This document shows, one piece after another, positions 1-12,849 of a DNA stretch of 64,000 bases (position 1 is its first letter; the number at the start of each line of letters is the position of its first letter). The stretch lies in NCBI GenBank assembly GCA_964188305.1, contig OZ076900.1; one strand, written 5' to 3'. A program made the position numbers and the translations under genes. The notes below the pieces were generated by a model. It ran no database searches, was not told where the DNA came from, and was given only the letters and a program-made list of their open reading frames with translations. The DNA comes from Podarcis bocagei. Its lineage: Eukaryota.

Positions 1-410
1 AAGGAGGACAAAGGAAGTGGCTCTGTGTGAAATGACAAATGGGTGGGGCACCCTCCTTCAACTTGTGGATATTTAGAAAGACAAAAGGCTGGAGTTGAGA
101 GTTGAATTATGTGGGCTAGAAAGCAGCAGAAAGCCAGAAAGCAGCAAACTGGGAACCAAGAGAAACAGAATGATGTATGATTTTTTGTTTGAATCCAAGG
201 CTGCGACTATGAGGGGAAACAAGGCCCTCTTGGGGTGTTAATGTGGCGAACCCCTCCACTGTAGGCTCAGGTTGCTTACATGTGTAAATTAACCATCTGT
301 CATAAAGACACCACCATCTCCGCTGCCCTCATTCCAAAGGAAACATGAACCCTAAGTAGGCACCAGGAACCGCTGGAATAGTGAGCAAAACACTGGGGTA
401 GTGGTCAAAA
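1..410 (+). mobile_element. Solo-LTR-like repeat (5' part outside window), same family as 48553-49110
   Basis: Colinear similarity with the 48.5-49.1 kb copy (gtttgaatccaaggctgc, gtaggctcaggttg, taaagacac, ggaaaca, ggaacc.ctgga). End approximate. Confidence 0.55.
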
Positions 411-498
411 ATATTATTGTTTCAGACACATTGTGGAGGGTGTGAGGAGATGTTGTGGTACTCAGGGAACTAACCAAAGAATGCTCTTCTACTTTTGT

Positions 499-758
499 GA
501 GAGCCAGTGTGGTGTAGTGGTTAAGAGCGGTAGTCTCGTAATCTGGGGAACCGGGTTCGCGTCCCCGCTCCTCCACATGCAGCTGCTGGGTGACCTTGGG
601 CCAGTCACACTTCTCTGAAGTCTCTCAGCCCCACTCACATCACAGAGTGTTTGTTGTGGGGGAGGAAGGGAAAGGAGAATGTTAGCCGCTTTGAGACTCC
701 TGAAGGGGAGTGAAAGGCGGGATATCAAATCCAAACTCTTCTTCTTCTTCTTCTTCTT
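499..758 (+). mobile_element. tRNA-derived SINE, Squam3(B)-type, full length with (CTT)n tail
   Basis: GAGAGCCAGTGTGGTGTAGTGGTTAAG A-box head, GGTTCG B-box, L2-like 3' end (agccgctttgag...ggcgggatat) and a (CTT)n tail. Confidence 0.85.
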
Positions 759-2567
759 GTGGGCTGATGCTAGGGCTGCAGAAACATTCTCTATATCGCT
801 AAAACAAAACCCAGATAAGTTTGTTCTAGGAGGCCTCATTTAAATATTCAAAAACCAAAACCAAATGTTTTTATTCCCCCAAGTACTCTCTTTTTCCTTT
901 TGATTTCCCCATCCTCCTTCTTTATCACAGCATAGAATAAGAGAATAATATTCATGGGTGGTTATTAGTCATGATTTAGCTTAGTTTGGATGTTAGAACA
1001 TTTCCTCCATCTTAAATGCTTCCTCTTGAGTGATCAGAAAGCTATAACTATTCTAGCTTTATGAGGGAGAACTTCAAGGCTGAGACAGAACGAGACCATA
1101 CTACAAGGGCAATGTCCAATTTGCCCTTCCAGCATAAAGGCTCTAATGCTTTATACTCTAGCCAAGCCTTCCCTTGACCAAGTGCTCTCTAGATGTTTTG
1201 GACTGCAATTCCCATCATCCCTGACTATTGGCTGTGTTGAATAGGGCTTATGGGAGCTGGAGGCTTCTGGACTGCTCAATCCAAGGCTGCTAACCTACCA
1301 AAGTTTTGCTGGCAGTGAAATCTAGACATGTCCAGCTGGAAGTAAGGTCCATTGGGTTTAAATGCACTTAGTACCAGGTAATAGGAGTGTAGGGTAAGCA
1401 TCACTTCTGTTGCAAGTATAATTCTTCAAATTTTACCTATGGGGGTGTGAGGAGAGGCTGCTTGTTCGCCACAGGAAATGTGCTAGCAAAGCAACACCCT
1501 GCAGCATAGGCACCAACTATGGGACTGAAGACACCTTAGCTCCTCCACTCAATATATTGGGATGGGGCTGAGTCCCTGCAATCTTGAGGGGATGGACCCC
1601 ATTGGACCTCGCTGTGGCGGGCCTCACCAGGCCTACCTATGGCTGTGGTGTAAAAGGTGTTCCCGCAACCTCAATGGGCCTTGTAGTCCTGTCCTGCTGC
1701 GTGACATCACAAATGTGCACTGGGCATCCCCAAGGTTGGGCAGAACCCGGCGCCTTTGCCCAGCAATACTGAATTCTCTGCTCACCAGCTGAAGGCTCCA
1801 TCTTGCTCTCTGCTTGGGTCTGCTTCGCAAGCATGTTTTCTGTAGGGAATGTTCTGGTGAAGCAGCCACTAGCAGAATTGAACCCCACACCTTGCCCCTC
1901 ATTGAACATCACCCAGTGGCATCAGCTGGGTATGGTTTGGAGAAAATGATGTCACAGTCCAATATTGGCCTGTGAGCCAGAGGTCCCCACTTCTGATTTA
2001 GAGTTTGCTAAATTTCACCAGATCTACAATTCACCTCTGCAAATTTCAGCCCACAATTATTCAGCTATTTTCTGTATGTCCAAATATTTGCCTCCCCCCC
2101 AAAAAAGAATCTTCTCAGTCCACATATGACCAATGGTATTTGATATTTGTCATGCAGGGCTTTCTAACTGTGTCTGATAGCTGACATTTAATAGTGTTTA
2201 GTTTCTGACAGCATCTGATAGATAATATTCAATGGTATTTAGTATTTGAAAATTGACAGCTTATGACATTTCATGTTTGATGCCTGCCAAAATGTTTCAT
2301 GCCATGGTAACAAATAATATTCTTGGATCACAAAAATGTCCATTGTTCCAAGACTCTTACAAGGTCTTTTGCTTGGCTCTGGGACACTTATTATCTCATT
2401 TCAGTATTGAAATCTTGTTTTTGCTGTACTTCCTCAACCATTTGTCAGATATGGGTATAAGGTTCTACATAAAACAATACATTATAATTACGTGTATTGC
2501 TAATCTTATAAGGGGCCAAATGGAGTCCTTTGGGCCTTTTTGTCTGGCTCCAGGATTTCCTCCAGGC

Positions 2568-2740
2568 CACATAAAAAGTTGCCTTATAGCATTGGTCCAT
2601 TTAGCTCAGTATTGGTAACCCTGAGTGGCGGCATCTCTCAAGATGTCAGACAGGGGTCTCTCCCACCTCTACTTGAAGATGCTGGGATCAAACCTGGGAC
2701 CTTCTGCATGCAAGGCATGTGCCCTACCAGTGAGCCATGC
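2568..2740 (-). mobile_element. tRNA-headed SINE (Squam2-like), degenerate
   Basis: Reverse complement of the family at 39301 (aacctgggaccttctgcatgcaa; gccttata...ggtccat.tagctcagt). Confidence 0.7.
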
Positions 2741-4160
2741 TTTTTCTGACTTACAGATGGCATCCCTGTTCCATTGTGTGAGCATCTGCAACAAACCATT
2801 TTGAAATGCCTTTGGCTGTGTGCTTGCGCTTCTATCAGCCCTACATTAGGGCTGCCTAAGACTTTGACCCCATTTTCTGAAATATAAATTTGTTCAGTTT
2901 TCTTACTTGGTCTTGAAAAAGCCTTTCCCTGAATGTTTAAGGAGAAAAAAACCCCAAAACTTTACTACGTATATTGTGGTTTAAATTGTGGATTTTCCAC
3001 TTTTATTATTTTAGACTGAAATATTTCCAGATAAAGTTATTTCCTCTGAGGGATAAAACATACTTATATACCCCAAACAGTAAATTTCCAGAGGAAAAAA
3101 TATGATTAAGTACTGTAGCCTTCCATAAGAAATATAGCTACACCACCATGTAGGATATTCAAACCCTGTGTGATTCATGTCCCATAAAACTTTATTTGTA
3201 GTCTCAATCAGCTTCTGAATGTTGTACCAGGGGAGTGGGAGGGTGAATATTTCTGCAGCTGAAAAAGTATTTGCAAAGGCCATCTTAACTTGTTCATTTA
3301 AGGTGCAACTTAGCAAAATAATAATAATACCTGGTTAAAATAGACATCTGTAGGCATGTGATCATTATCATTAAACCTAACCAAAACCAGGTTGATCTTC
3401 AAATGAACAATACACAGGTAGTTTCTAAATGGGTAGCTGTGGTAATCTGCTACAGCAGCTTATCTGCTGTTTCTTGGATCTGTTCTTAATATTATTTGTT
3501 TATTTAAAAGACTATCAGATTTATTATCAGTCATTCAATTTATTACAGTCAATTGGCAAAAAATAAAAAGCATACAGTACAGAAGGATCTCAGAGCAAAA
3601 CTGACGTGTGTGTGTGTGTGTATTGCATGTTTTTATGTTCTTCTGTTCTTTGTATACTGTGTTCATTTTATGATGTTAGCCACCCTCAGCCCGGCTCCAG
3701 CTGGGGAGAGCGGGGTAATGTATTATTATTATTATTTCCCAAATTCTGTTGCCAATCAAACAGTATTGCATGACTTCCCCTTACAATAGTTGCTATAATT
3801 TCTTAGTGGTCATAATTTAGCATCTTTTCTAATGCAAATGCTAGATGAAATAAAAAGGACTAAAAACAGGACCAATGCGGTACCTTAGAAATGCCTATAT
3901 ATTGGTAAGGCAGTACAATGTGATGCTTAGCTTCTGTATATTTATAGGAGAAATGGCTTTCTCTCTTTCCCACCCCCAACTCCCCAGTATAAGAGGACTA
4001 TCCACTTGACGTGAGTAGAGACAGTAAATCACATAATCCTGTGCTACAGATACAGAACAATGCTCTGATGCTATCCTCATAGTGCAATGACAAGAGACCC
4101 TCTGCTTGTACTGCATCATGCAATGGAGACCTGGCAGCCAAAGAAATTAAGAAATCTCCT

Positions 4161-4800
4161 GAGAGCCAGTACAGTGGTACCTCGGGTTACATACGCTTCA
4201 GGTTACATACGCTTCAGGTTACAGACTCCTCTAACCCAGAAATAGTACCTCGGGTTAAGAACTTTGCTTCAGGATGAGAACAGAAATCGTGCTCCGGCGG
4301 CGCGGCGGCAGCAGGAGGCCCCATTTGCTAAAGTGGTGCTTAAGGTTAAGAACAGTTTCAGGTTAAGAACGGACCTCCGGAACGAATTAAGTACTTAACC
4401 TGAGGTACCACTGTATGCTGTAATTACTAGAATATCAGGTTAGGACCTAGGAGACCAGGGTTCAAATTCCTACTCAATCATAAATCCATGGGCTAGTCAC
4501 TGCCTCTCAGCCTAACCTACCTGGGGCCAGCCCACCCACGAGGCAAGATGAGGCAACTGCCTCAGGTGGAAGGATCCCCTGGGGCAGCAGATTCTGATGT
4601 CAATCTTTCCACCCACCCACCCTTGTTCCTGATGTATATCTTTCCTCAGCCCTTGTTCCCTGGCAGGGAGGGGAATGCCATTTTGAGATCTGCTTTAGGT
4701 GCCAAAATGTCTTATGCCAGCCTTGAATGGTAAAACCAGCTATACCAACTTGAGCTCCTTGGAGAAAAATATGGGGTACAAAGGTAATAAATAAAATAAT
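4161..4800 (+). mobile_element. Old MIR/Squam3A-like SINE interrupted by two DNA-transposon insertions
   Basis: Head gagagccagt (4161) resumes after the MITE with gagaccagggttcaaat...gtcactgcctctcagcctaacctacc. The L2-like tail ttgagctccttggag...aataaataaaata follows a second insert at about 4523-4726. Confidence 0.6.
4172..4413 (+). mobile_element. Tc1/mariner(Tigger)-type MITE, family A
   Basis: TIRs CAGTGGTACCTC...GAGGTACCACTG flanked by TA on both sides; CpG-rich; other copies at 18377 and 37709. Confidence 0.9.
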
Positions 4801-4993
4801 GAAACATTATTTTTTTAAAAAATAATAATACATGATTCTGCACCCAGAAAAACTGATCCTGTTCCTGTAACGTCCTGGTGGGCTTGAAACAGGAAACCTG
4901 GCCACAGGGCCTTGATGCCCTTCCCTCTGTCACCCCACCCTCCACCACTGAGCCAGTTTGTTGGTAGAGGGACTAGTTGGCTTGTGGATTCAG

Positions 4994-5063
<70 letters not shown>

Positions 5064-5090
5064 ACCACCACCAACAACAACAATAATAAT
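4994..5090. repeat. Compound microsatellite (AAT)~22-(CAC)n-(CAA)n-(TAA)n at the tail of a minus-strand L2 3' end
   Basis: Directly visible; followed by tttataccctgcccatctggctgggtttcc, an L2-like 3' terminus in reverse. Confidence 0.9.
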
Positions 5091-5127
5091 TTATTATTTA
5101 TACCCTGCCCATCTGGCTGGGTTTCCA

Positions 5128-5265
5128 GAATCATAAAGCTGGAAGGGACCCTGAAGGTCATTTAGTCCAACCTCCTGCAATGCAAGAATATGTAACCATC
5201 CCATAAGGGGATTTAACCTGCTACGTTGGTGTTATCGGCAGCATGCTCTAACCAACGGAGCAATA
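5128..5265 (-). mobile_element. tRNA-Ile-derived SINE with CR1 3' tail
   Basis: Minus strand reads ttgctccgttggttagagcatgctgccgataacaccaacgtagcaggtt (tRNA-Ile-like) then gttggactaaatgaccttcagggtcccttccagctttatgattct (CR1 3' end). Confidence 0.7.
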
Positions 5266-7129
5266 TGGAAGCTAGTTACTCTTTGTCCCAACCCTCTTAC
5301 TGATGGAACAAAAAAAATCTGTTTGCATGTATTCCCTTCCAAGCGTATTCCATGTATAGCAGCTTTGTAGATTTATAATTCATATGAAAAGATTATATAA
5401 TTGAAGCTTTAAAAAAGAAGTATGTACTGTGCTGTAAAAACAAGTTGTTTGTCTTTTTGCTAACGGGAGAAAAATCACTAGTGAAGACAATGTCTGTTTG
5501 TATTTATGCTGCACTGTGATAGTGATCTATTAAGTAGAAATCGTCTATAGAACAAAACAAAATACTTACCCAGTTGATATTTCCTAAGTGACTAGACTGT
5601 AGCATCAGGTGAAGAACGGGACATCTTGGAGATGTGGTTTATAGAGAGAGATGAAAGTCATTAAAATTGATTTCCTGATGAATAACACAGGGAAAGCTTT
5701 CATCTTAGAAGTTTTATCAATTTTCAATTACTTAGTTCTTTCAAGACACTTTCACGTTATATTCTGAAACAGCATGTCACATAAAAATAATTCATAAAGT
5801 ATAACAGGCTCAATGGATCTTTAAAGAGACTAAAAGCCAAGATATGTGACAAGGGACAGTTGGAACTCTGGCTCTCCACTTAAGGGAAAGAAATGGATGC
5901 ATCCTGACCTCATTTGCACTGCTGTGGCACTTCTCCAACATCTAAGGGCACCTCTCGGTTGTCAGCATTTTACCAGAACTTTAGGTTTGCACAATTAAAT
6001 TTTATTAAAGCACTCCATTAGTCTAGCACAACAAAACCACTTTAAAAAACCACCTGACTTTTTGCAGTTAGGAAAGTAACAGGGAAATACTTTGAAAAGT
6101 GGGGTAAATGAATATTTAATAGGAAGATGTATAAACACCACACAAGCAAATCAGGTTGGATGGTCAATAAAGACTGTGTTGTCGTAACATCCACAAAAGC
6201 TTTGTGCAACCAAATCAGGATTACTGCTCAATAAACAGGTTGTTGCGTGTGCCATAAGACTGTGTGTTTGACTGTGAAGGTTAGCTCTGCTTTAGGTGCT
6301 AGTCCAGATTAGCATACAAAGGTTATACAAATTTAAATATGCATATTGGATGTTGGATAAAGTTAATGGCAAGGCAAAGTTATGTGCATACTTTGGATTA
6401 TTAAAAATAGATTTTTTAAAAAGTAGAATACAGATTTAAAGGATTACCTTTTTAAAAAGAAATACAGAAAAAAGATAGATTAAAAGAAAGTAAAACATAC
6501 TAAAAGCCTGATAATATTTTACAGTAACCCATCTTGCTAAACTTCAATCTGAATGTCATCTTTATAGCATAATCTGAAAGAAGTAAGGATTTTGATAGGT
6601 CTCCATGGAAAGAGTGTTCTTTGGTTTCCAGACAGCTCTTCTTGTTCTTTCTGCCTGGTCTTGATTGATAGAAGTATCACCATCTTTATAATAATGTACC
6701 ACACCTCCTAAGAGGTACTGCTTCAGCTTCTAAATTTAAAAAGCAACATCACTGTTGCAGTTATCACCACACATAATTATTAACTTGAGGCAGCTCTGAA
6801 TATATGGCTTTGGAAGTCTGACAAATACAAGACAAGAAGAGGCATCACTACGGTGAGAAGTCTGCAAGCCAAGTCCTGTGGGGAATATTTGGATGATCTG
6901 GGTGTGGATAAAAGGTTAGGGAAAGGCATGGGAATCAGGCATGGAGTGTCCCACCTGAGGTGAAATGAGAATTTGCACTGTACTGCCCTTACCTAGAAAG
7001 CTGAAGAGGCGCACTGGAAATCAGTGCCACTTCTCCCCCAGTGCCAGAGGTGTTGGGATGCCCACAGAGCACCACCTCCTGCTCCCACTGCCTGAGGTGG
7101 CTGCTCCTCATGGGCCCTGATGGGAACGG

Positions 7130-7340
7130 TCTTCAAATAGCTGGATGGCTCCCATGCAGAAAATGAAGCAACCTTGTTCTCTGCTGTTCTAAAGAGCAAG
7201 GCTAGAACCAATGGGCAGAAATTCCAGGGAAGCAGATTCTATTAAAAGTAAGAAGTAAGTTCAGTGGTGGTTTGACAGTGGAAGAGGCTGCCTCACTGGA
7301 TGTATTTAAGTAGTAGTAGCTATCTGCCCGGGATGCTGTG
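7130..7340 (+). mobile_element. CR1 LINE 3' fragment, degenerate
   Basis: ttgttctctgctg...ggctagaaccaatggg.agaaatt.cagggaagcagatt...cactggatgtatttaag, typical of the CR1 ORF2 end. Confidence 0.6.
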
Positions 7341-9385
7341 AGGGACATGGACTGTTATCAGTAAATCTTGCTCATAGGTTTATTTGGGGATCATGGGGTT
7401 AACTTGTTAAACATTAGAGGTCCATACATCAAATTAGCAGCAAGTAAAATCCATTGAGAAAAGTTCAGGTTGCAGGCAGGCAATGTCTGTTACTGAAGAA
7501 CAGAAAAATAAGACCATCTACCTTCCTTGCATTTGTGGACTTGCACACACCAGAGGGTATTTTAGGGAACCAGAAGATGAGCAGATGAAGGTGTGATCTC
7601 ATGTACTGAGTTAGAGGGTGTAAGATATGGCAAGTCTGATGTGGGATCATTACCTTTTGGGGTTGTGCCTAGAGAGGGAGAGCTTTGTGTTTAACTTACT
7701 TTTATTTTACTGTAATTTTGCTCCATTCAGAGGATTGCCTCTCTGTGCATGCAGCTATTCTCATGCTTAAACCCTTACCCTGAAAACAACTATTTTTTTG
7801 TTGTAAACCTTTAATCTAGACTGGTTGGTGAAAGGCTGGTTGGTAGAAAAGCAAACACTTTTACCTGGTGGCAGTAAGAGATCTAACAGGAAGGGTGGGC
7901 AGGCAAATGGGTAAATTTGTTTTGGCCATATCTCCTTTCCCAACCTGGTGCATGGCCCAGGGTGAAGCTGGAGTGCCGTAACAGATGCTGCAGATGCATC
8001 TTGCATTGTAGAACCTGCACTAAGTTGTGGGTGGGGAGTTGGACCTAAGGACCTCTTTGGTCCCATCTGACTCTATGGTTGCATTTGGTCTTCAATTATC
8101 TAATTATAGATCTTCATATGAAACAAAGCATAAATATATTCCTTTGAAGTTGGCATTCCGACAAGATAAAATCATTAAACAGACATTACTATAAACTGAT
8201 GTTGGCCTGTAGTTTTTGCAGTTAACGGGGGAGTTGACGCTTGATGAACAATCCAATTAAAACTGGCAACAAAAGACCTAAAATGTCAGCCAAATTGCTT
8301 TTTAATAGTCAACGCAACCATCGCAATACATAAACATTAAATCCCCATAGAATCGTAAAGCTTCATGGTGAAACAATTCTAGAAATGAATAATAATTACA
8401 GCACCTTGAGAATTCTTTTTAATAGATGTGCACTCGTTAGAAATATTTTCTTGGCTGGCTTTATATGACAAAAGAATGTTTCCCTGGGAAATTCCTTTAT
8501 GTATTTGTAACTGCGACAATTTTGTATGATATTGAATTAGATGCAGTGCGTAGTATTTTCAAACACGTGGTTCTTGATTGAGCTTCTTTCTCCAACTGCT
8601 CTAGAAAGAAGCTCCTCCAGACTCACAATTTTTGCACGGCGTTGGTGGGGGCCCAAGCAGTGATCTGAGGTGTTGAAAACAGGGGTATTGTAATACTATC
8701 CCTGGAAAATATTGGAGGGTATGGAGATTGCCATAACATTGGGCTTCGTTATGTTCAGCAAACATCTAAGGCTAACAAGAGAAGTAGGCATAGTTAGGCC
8801 TAGGCTATTCAGGGCAGGTCAACACAGGCAGCCTCAAATTCAGTGTAATCCAGTCAAGCAATGTCAACAAAGGTCAAGTCCAGAATTCGGTTGTGCAAAC
8901 TCAAAGCAGTTAAGGCAAAGCAGGAATCAGTTCGTGGACAGCGTTTGAAAATGTTACGTAATTGCAATTAGCAGTGGCTAGGGAATGCCACAGTATTTTA
9001 TTAGGCTTTTACAACAAGAATCAAATTGCATTTCACACTTGTGTAGTTGTCTTTAAAAAAAACAAAAAAACCCATCTTTAATAGATAATTGAAAAGACAA
9101 AACTTTCTGTAGCATTGAAAACTTCATTTTTATATTACTTTCCCTCCCATCAAATATCTGCTTATGTTTTGAAAGCCCATACTAATTAATTTAGGGTGAG
9201 ATGTTGAGATATCTCACCTCCCAGTTTATCTGAGATGGAATTAATCTGAGTCCATTTGCCAGTAAAAACCAACAAAAACAGCATTTAACCTTGAGACTAC
9301 TATTTTTATTTTCCCTGACATGGTTAGGAATATATGTGTGGGAAAAGGACTCTTGTTAATTATAGTTGAGAGAAAGTAATGTGCT

Positions 9386-9525
9386 TAAGGGACGGGGAAC
9401 CTCTAGCGCTCCAGATGATATTGGGCTACAACTCCCATCATCTCTGACTCTTGGCTGTGCTGTCTGAGGCTAATGGGCATTGGGAGTCCAACAATATCTG
9501 GAGGGCCGCAAGTCTCCCATCTCTG
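9386..9525. mobile_element. ~135-bp palindromic hAT-like MITE (abundant squamate family); representative copy
   Basis: ggggaacct...ctccagatg...ctacaactcccatca...tgggagtccaacaatatctggagggcc...cccatctctg. Related copies at about 1160, 20710, 20850, 26007, 28398, 35690, 35864, 39560, 41105, 46295, 46878 and 51935. Confidence 0.75.
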
Positions 9526-10874
9526 TTCTAAATCATGCCTGTATTTGGACATTGCACTAAGCCATAGATTATTGAGATGGCAACAAGCCTAGTTTCCTCC
9601 AAGTACATTTGTAAGATTCATGTATTCCTTCTTTACTCCCACAATCACATCCTTCAAGGAAGAATTTGGAAGCTTTTACTTCCATCTTTGGTGTCAACCA
9701 AACATAGTTAAGATTAACCATTTTTAGGGGTCAGCTGTAGCTTTAAAATGTGGTTAATTTTCTCACATTCAAACCAGAGGAAGAACGGGAATGGGAGGGT
9801 CTATCCTTATTTTTGTCACAGTAAACCATAGTATATTGTAATGCGTGCCTGCATCCAGTATAATCACTGGAGATAAATCTAGCTATTTTATTTTATTTGA
9901 AAATTTGAATGTGGTGAATGCACTTACAGAGATGCACACAGTATATCCACTTTGATTCTTTTGAGGGCTTTTTATCTTTAAGACATGTTTTAATTAGAGC
10001 CTCTTCTTTTTGTCTTTTTTTTAACTATAGAGAACTATATATATTTAATGACATCTGTAAAATTTCTTACTTCACATTCTGGACGATTCACATAGATGAG
10101 CTTGGGAGTGATAGGAGAGTGAATATAATGGCCCTTTTCCCATGCAGAAAATGTTTGTTGGTATTCAAGATTTTGTATGTTCTTAATTTGGGCGTCCAAT
10201 CAACCTTCATGTTTTCTTAGTCAATTTCTAGTCAATGCGCCAGTGTTAATTGGGTCCTCTAATCAGAGTTGAATTAGCAATCTGGTGAGTAAGGGAGCAA
10301 AACATAACCAGAGTTTAAAACCACAGACTCAGGAGTGTAGCTGAAATGTCAATAGTGTAGCAGGGTCTCAAATAGCCGTGTTTCCTAACCCTATCTGGAG
10401 GAGCCAGGGATTCACCCTACTGTGTTGTACAGCTAAAATATGACCCTTCTCTCCAATATATCATAACCCCTATATCCAAATTAGACGGATGAGTGGTTTT
10501 AATTTAGCAAAAGAGTTTTCTTCTGAGCTGTACCCATTCCCTATTTCTCCACCTAATGCTTTTGATATGTAATTGAGATGGACGAAAATAAAACTGAACA
10601 TCAAATTGGGAAGAAAAAGAGTTACTTCCTAATTGTCATATGGCAATAATGTATTGCTTTAATCCTGCCATAGATTGGTCATGAAAGTTGGATGGATCTT
10701 GCTTGCATATTTTGGATTGACACCATCTCCATACATGACAATAAAACAGAATTAAAGCATGCTGCATCTATTTATGTTGCACATCAATGATAATAAATAA
10801 TTGGATTTGATGGTATTGATATTTGCCTTATAAGTCATCAATGACATTTTGGCTGTGATTCTTGCAATGACAAT

Positions 10875-11064
10875 TAGTCACTCCCCTCAGAGAGCTACAG
10901 TTCTCAGATTAGTTTAAGAATTAACCTCTCTTCCCAGGATACTCTGGGAAATGTTGCTCTCTGTGGGGCATACAGGTATCTCAACAACTCTCAGCACCAT
11001 AACAGTTCCCAGTATTATTAAAGTGGTATGGTGCTGCTTTAAATGTATAGTGCAGATGGGGTCT
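10875..11064 (-). mobile_element. Non-autonomous DNA transposon fragment (PIF/Harbinger-like terminus)
   Basis: The end gctttaaatgtatagtgcagatggggtct is the reverse complement of the terminus at about 16295 (aggccccatctgcgctatacatttaaagc). Confidence 0.55.
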
Positions 11065-12284
11065 CGGTTTTAGTGAGGCATAGGTATTGTGCCAAAAACT
11101 TCACTGAAAGGGTATTTCTGTTTAGGGGGGAATTTAGAGAAAATAAAGTGGTGGAACCACTTAAGTCTTCTGGGAGGGAGTTCCAAGCAAGCTGACCAGC
11201 AGGCGAGAGAAGGTGGAGTAATTTCAGGGATCAGAAGAGCTTTGGATGTTGGAAAAGGAGAAGCACAGATCACAGGTAGTGGTGTATCAGGATGTATCAA
11301 CAGAGACATAAGGGAGAAGTGGCCATAGAAGACTTTGAGGGTAAGTGCAAAGAATTTGTGCTTGATTCAAGAAGCAAATGTAGAGATTTAAGGAGCAGCA
11401 TCTCTTTCCCAACCAGAGGACCACATTCCTTCTGAGCAACTTCCTGGGGCTATGCACTAACTATTCTTGTCTTGCCCCATTGATTTAAATTTTGGTCTCA
11501 CAAAATATAAATGGAAAAGAGCTGATAAACTGAGGAAAGCCACACTTGGTGGCAAGTGGGGAACCCATGAAGCATTCTAGGAGTCTTCTTAGACAGATCA
11601 GTTTGTGAACTCCCACCTTGATTTTCAGACTTGTATCTTAATTTTTTTTTTTTATTTTCTTGGCTGTGAGTCTTTGAAGACTTCACAGACCTTTCCCCAC
11701 CTGGCCTGGGAGTGGGGGCAATGATTGACTCCAGCTACAGAAGCTGAGGTTGTTGAAGAGGCCAGAGATCCATATTGGGTGTCCCTTATGGCAGACCCAG
11801 GTCACTGAGCCTGAGCTTCCATAGCTGCTGCCCGCCATGAACCACCATTGGCAGGATTGGCAGCAACAGCAGCTGATATGTTCTGCGCTTGTGAATATTT
11901 TAGTCTCTTGCTAATTATGCCGTTTTAAATGTGCATTTTATATTTTACTTCCTTTAGTAATGTCTTCTTTTGAAATGTTGTATAGATTTTGTAGTTGACC
12001 TCCTTTGTAATGTTTTGTTTTGAAATATTTGAGATAAGATTTAAATTTTCTGTTAGTTGCCTTGAATGTATATTTTAATATTGACTTTCTTCTGTAATGC
12101 TTTGTTCTTGCTTGCTTTGATGTTTTAATGTAGGTTGTAAACCATTTTGAGATTTTTTTTCTTAAAAATATAAAGCGGTATAGAAATGAAGTGAATAGTG
12201 ATAAAAAAATAAAAACAACACTTCTTATTTTGAGGTAACTGTGGATGCTTCAAGTTAAACTAATTACTGAGCTTTGCTAATATT

Positions 12285-12346
12285 TTGTTGTTGTTGTTGT
12301 TGTTGTTTAGTCCTTTAGTCGTGTCCGACTCTTCGTGACCCCATGG
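12285..12346 (-). mobile_element. BovB/RTE LINE extreme 3' end with (CAA)n tail
   Basis: (ttg)n-tttagtcctttagtcgtgtccgactcttcgtgaccccatgg is the reverse complement of the BovB 3' terminus. Confidence 0.8.
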
Positions 12347-12592
12347 CCAAATATATGTATTAATATTCACGGCTTATTTAACAGAAATCCATTCACAGTA
12401 GTTTAGCACAAGAAACTCTTACCTTTACTCACTTCCTTTTCAACGAATATCCTTCTCAGTCCCTTTCTCTTAGCCATTGATTCTTTTGCAGGCATGTTTG
12501 CTAGACACCACAGTTGGACTAACACAATTTCAGAACTGTTTATGACCTTATTCCATGGAACAGACTACTAGTTACTGAAAGAGTTTATAATT

Positions 12593-12849
12593 CAGGGGTC
12601 AGTAAACTTTTTAAGCAGGGGGCTGGTCCCCTGTCCCTCAGACCTTGTGCGGGGCCAGACTATATTTTTTTTTGGGGGGGGGGGAATGAACGAATTTCTT
12701 TGCCCCACAAATAACCCAGAGATGCAGTTTAAATAAAAGGACACATTCTACTCATGAAAAAACACATTGATTCCCGGACCGTCCGCAGGCCGGATTTAGA
12801 AGGCGATTGGGCTGGATCTGGCCCTTGGGCTTTAGTTTGCCTACCCATG
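12593..12849 (+). mobile_element. hAT-Charlie MITE (OC1-like termini)
   Basis: TIRs CAGGGGTCAGTAAACT / AGTTTGCCTACCCATG; imperfect gtttata(a)tt flanking duplication; second copy inverted at 54111. Confidence 0.85.

Noticed and set aside
4912-5161. Poly-Asn and poly-Tyr ORFs
   Set aside because: Translation of an (AAT)n microsatellite.
5675-5705. CTGATGA...GAAA hammerhead-like motif
   Set aside because: The intervening ataacacagg cannot form stem II and there is no stem I pairing.
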